Shown one piece after another: positions 63,263 to 64,000 of a DNA stretch of 64,000 nucleotides (position 1 is its first letter; each line of letters begins with the position of its first letter). The notes below the pieces were generated by a model. The model saw nothing but the letters and a program-made list of their open reading frames with translations. It was not told the DNA's origin and searched no databases. Both the position numbers and the translations under genes were made by a program. This DNA comes from an archaeon HR01 (lineage in GTDB: Archaea > Thermoproteota > Nitrososphaeria_A > Caldarchaeales > Caldarchaeaceae), in contig BEHD01000010.1 of assembly GCA_002898355.1 (NCBI GenBank), positions 2,637-66,636 on the forward strand, given 5' to 3'.

Positions 63263-64000
63263 GGGCGGTAGTGCTGGGTGGGGGTACAGGCGGAACCCTG
63301 ACCGCCAACCTCCTAGCGAGAAAAATCAAGGATGTCACTCTGGTAAGCAGTAATGACATTCACGTGTTTCAGCCGGCCAACTTGGATATAGCCTTCAAAG
63401 GTGCAAAACCTGAAAAATTTGTTCGGAGGCAGTCAAGCCTCCTCAGCAGACATGTCAGATTCATACCTGACCCCGCCGCTAAAATCAAGCTCGAGGATAG
63501 GCTGCTGGTCACAGAATCTGGGAGAGAGATAGGATATGACTATCTGGTGATAGCCACAGGCTCTTATACGGCCCCACATCAGGTGGAGGGCCTGGCCCAG
63601 TATAGCCACAACTTCCACAGCGGTCAGGAGGACTCGGCCAGAATATGGGAGGAGTTGAAGAGGTTCTCTGGCGGGAAGATAGTCCTTTTGATCGCCGGAG
63701 TCCCCCATAAATGTCCTCCGTCACCAGTCGAGGCCATGTTCCTTATGGATGACTTTTTCAGGAAACGAGGCTTGAGGGAGAAGGTTGAGCTAACCCTCCT
63801 CACGCCATATCCTAGGGCTTACCCAGCGGCCTCCATCGCAGAGATAGTTGAGCCGCTCTTCCAAGAACGGGGGATAAACTTCCTCCCCTTCTTTAATGTT
63901 GACCACGTTGAAAAAGGTGTGGTGTATTCTATGGAGGGTGAGAAGGTGGAGTATGACCTACTGATATCAATTCCACCCCACACCGGCTCCGATGTTGTGA
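63259..64000 (+). CDS. FAD-dependent pyridine-nucleotide-disulfide oxidoreductase, sulfide:quinone-oxidoreductase / FCSD-like (3' end outside window)
   Basis: ATGA overlap with the tusA stop. N-terminal FAD motif VVLGGGTGG. Open to the window end. Confidence 0.6.
   Translation, partial: MRAVVLGGGTGGTLTANLLARKIKDVTLVSSNDIHVFQPANLDIAFKGAKPEKFVRRQSSLLSRHVRFIPDPAAKIKLEDRLLVTESGREIGYDYLVIATGSYTAPHQVEGLAQYSHNFHSGQEDSARIWEELKRFSGGKIVLLIAGVPHKCPPSPVEAMFLMDDFFRKRGLREKVELTLLTPYPRAYPAASIAEIVEPLFQERGINFLPFFNVDHVEKGVVYSMEGEKVEYDLLISIPPHTGSDVV

Noticed and set aside
1-64000. CRISPR arrays, tRNA/rRNA genes, transposases/integrases
   Set aside because: By eye I found no regularly spaced direct repeats, no convincing cloverleaf or T-loop (GTTCRANYC) candidates in the larger intergenic regions, and no transposase/integrase-like ORFs. 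A tRNAscan/Infernal run would be needed to exclude small RNAs definitively.

Overview
Dense archaeal chromosomal window: about 65 supported genes, roughly 55% GC, short intergenic spacers and frequent 4-8 bp start/stop overlaps. No rRNA, tRNA, CRISPR array, transposase or integrase was recognised by eye. Content is mostly housekeeping: IleRS, CysRS, archaeal-type SAM synthetase, TFB, aSUI1, Alba, Sm-like protein, ATP-dependent DNA ligase, Elp3, NucS, endonuclease IV, hisD-hisB, an Opp/Dpp-type ABC transporter, and an F420 cofD-cofC pair. A eukaryotic-type topoisomerase IB, F420 genes, archaeal pterin genes (MptA/MptE-like) and the absence of bacterial signatures suggest a TACK-lineage archaeon, probably Thaumarchaeota or Aigarchaeota-like; this is inference only. 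The loci most worth a second look are: (1) a Ras/Rab-like GTPase lacking the catalytic Gln, with an N-terminal zinc ribbon, translationally coupled to a multi-zinc-ribbon protein and followed by a processive membrane GT2 synthase, with a GxGD-type intramembrane protease nearby; (2) a nitroreductase-fold gene overlapping cofD-cofC, a candidate stand-alone dehydro-F420-0 reductase, with a divergent LarA-like gene; (3) a 3-methyladenine glycosylase / PHP-domain EndoQ-like / topoisomerase IB cluster; (4) paralogous giant surface proteins with a shared C-terminal anchor; (5) a partial DsrE-TusA-flavoprotein sulfur-trafficking cluster at the window end. Gene starts are approximate where noted, and the ORF track uses GTG/TTG starts in places.
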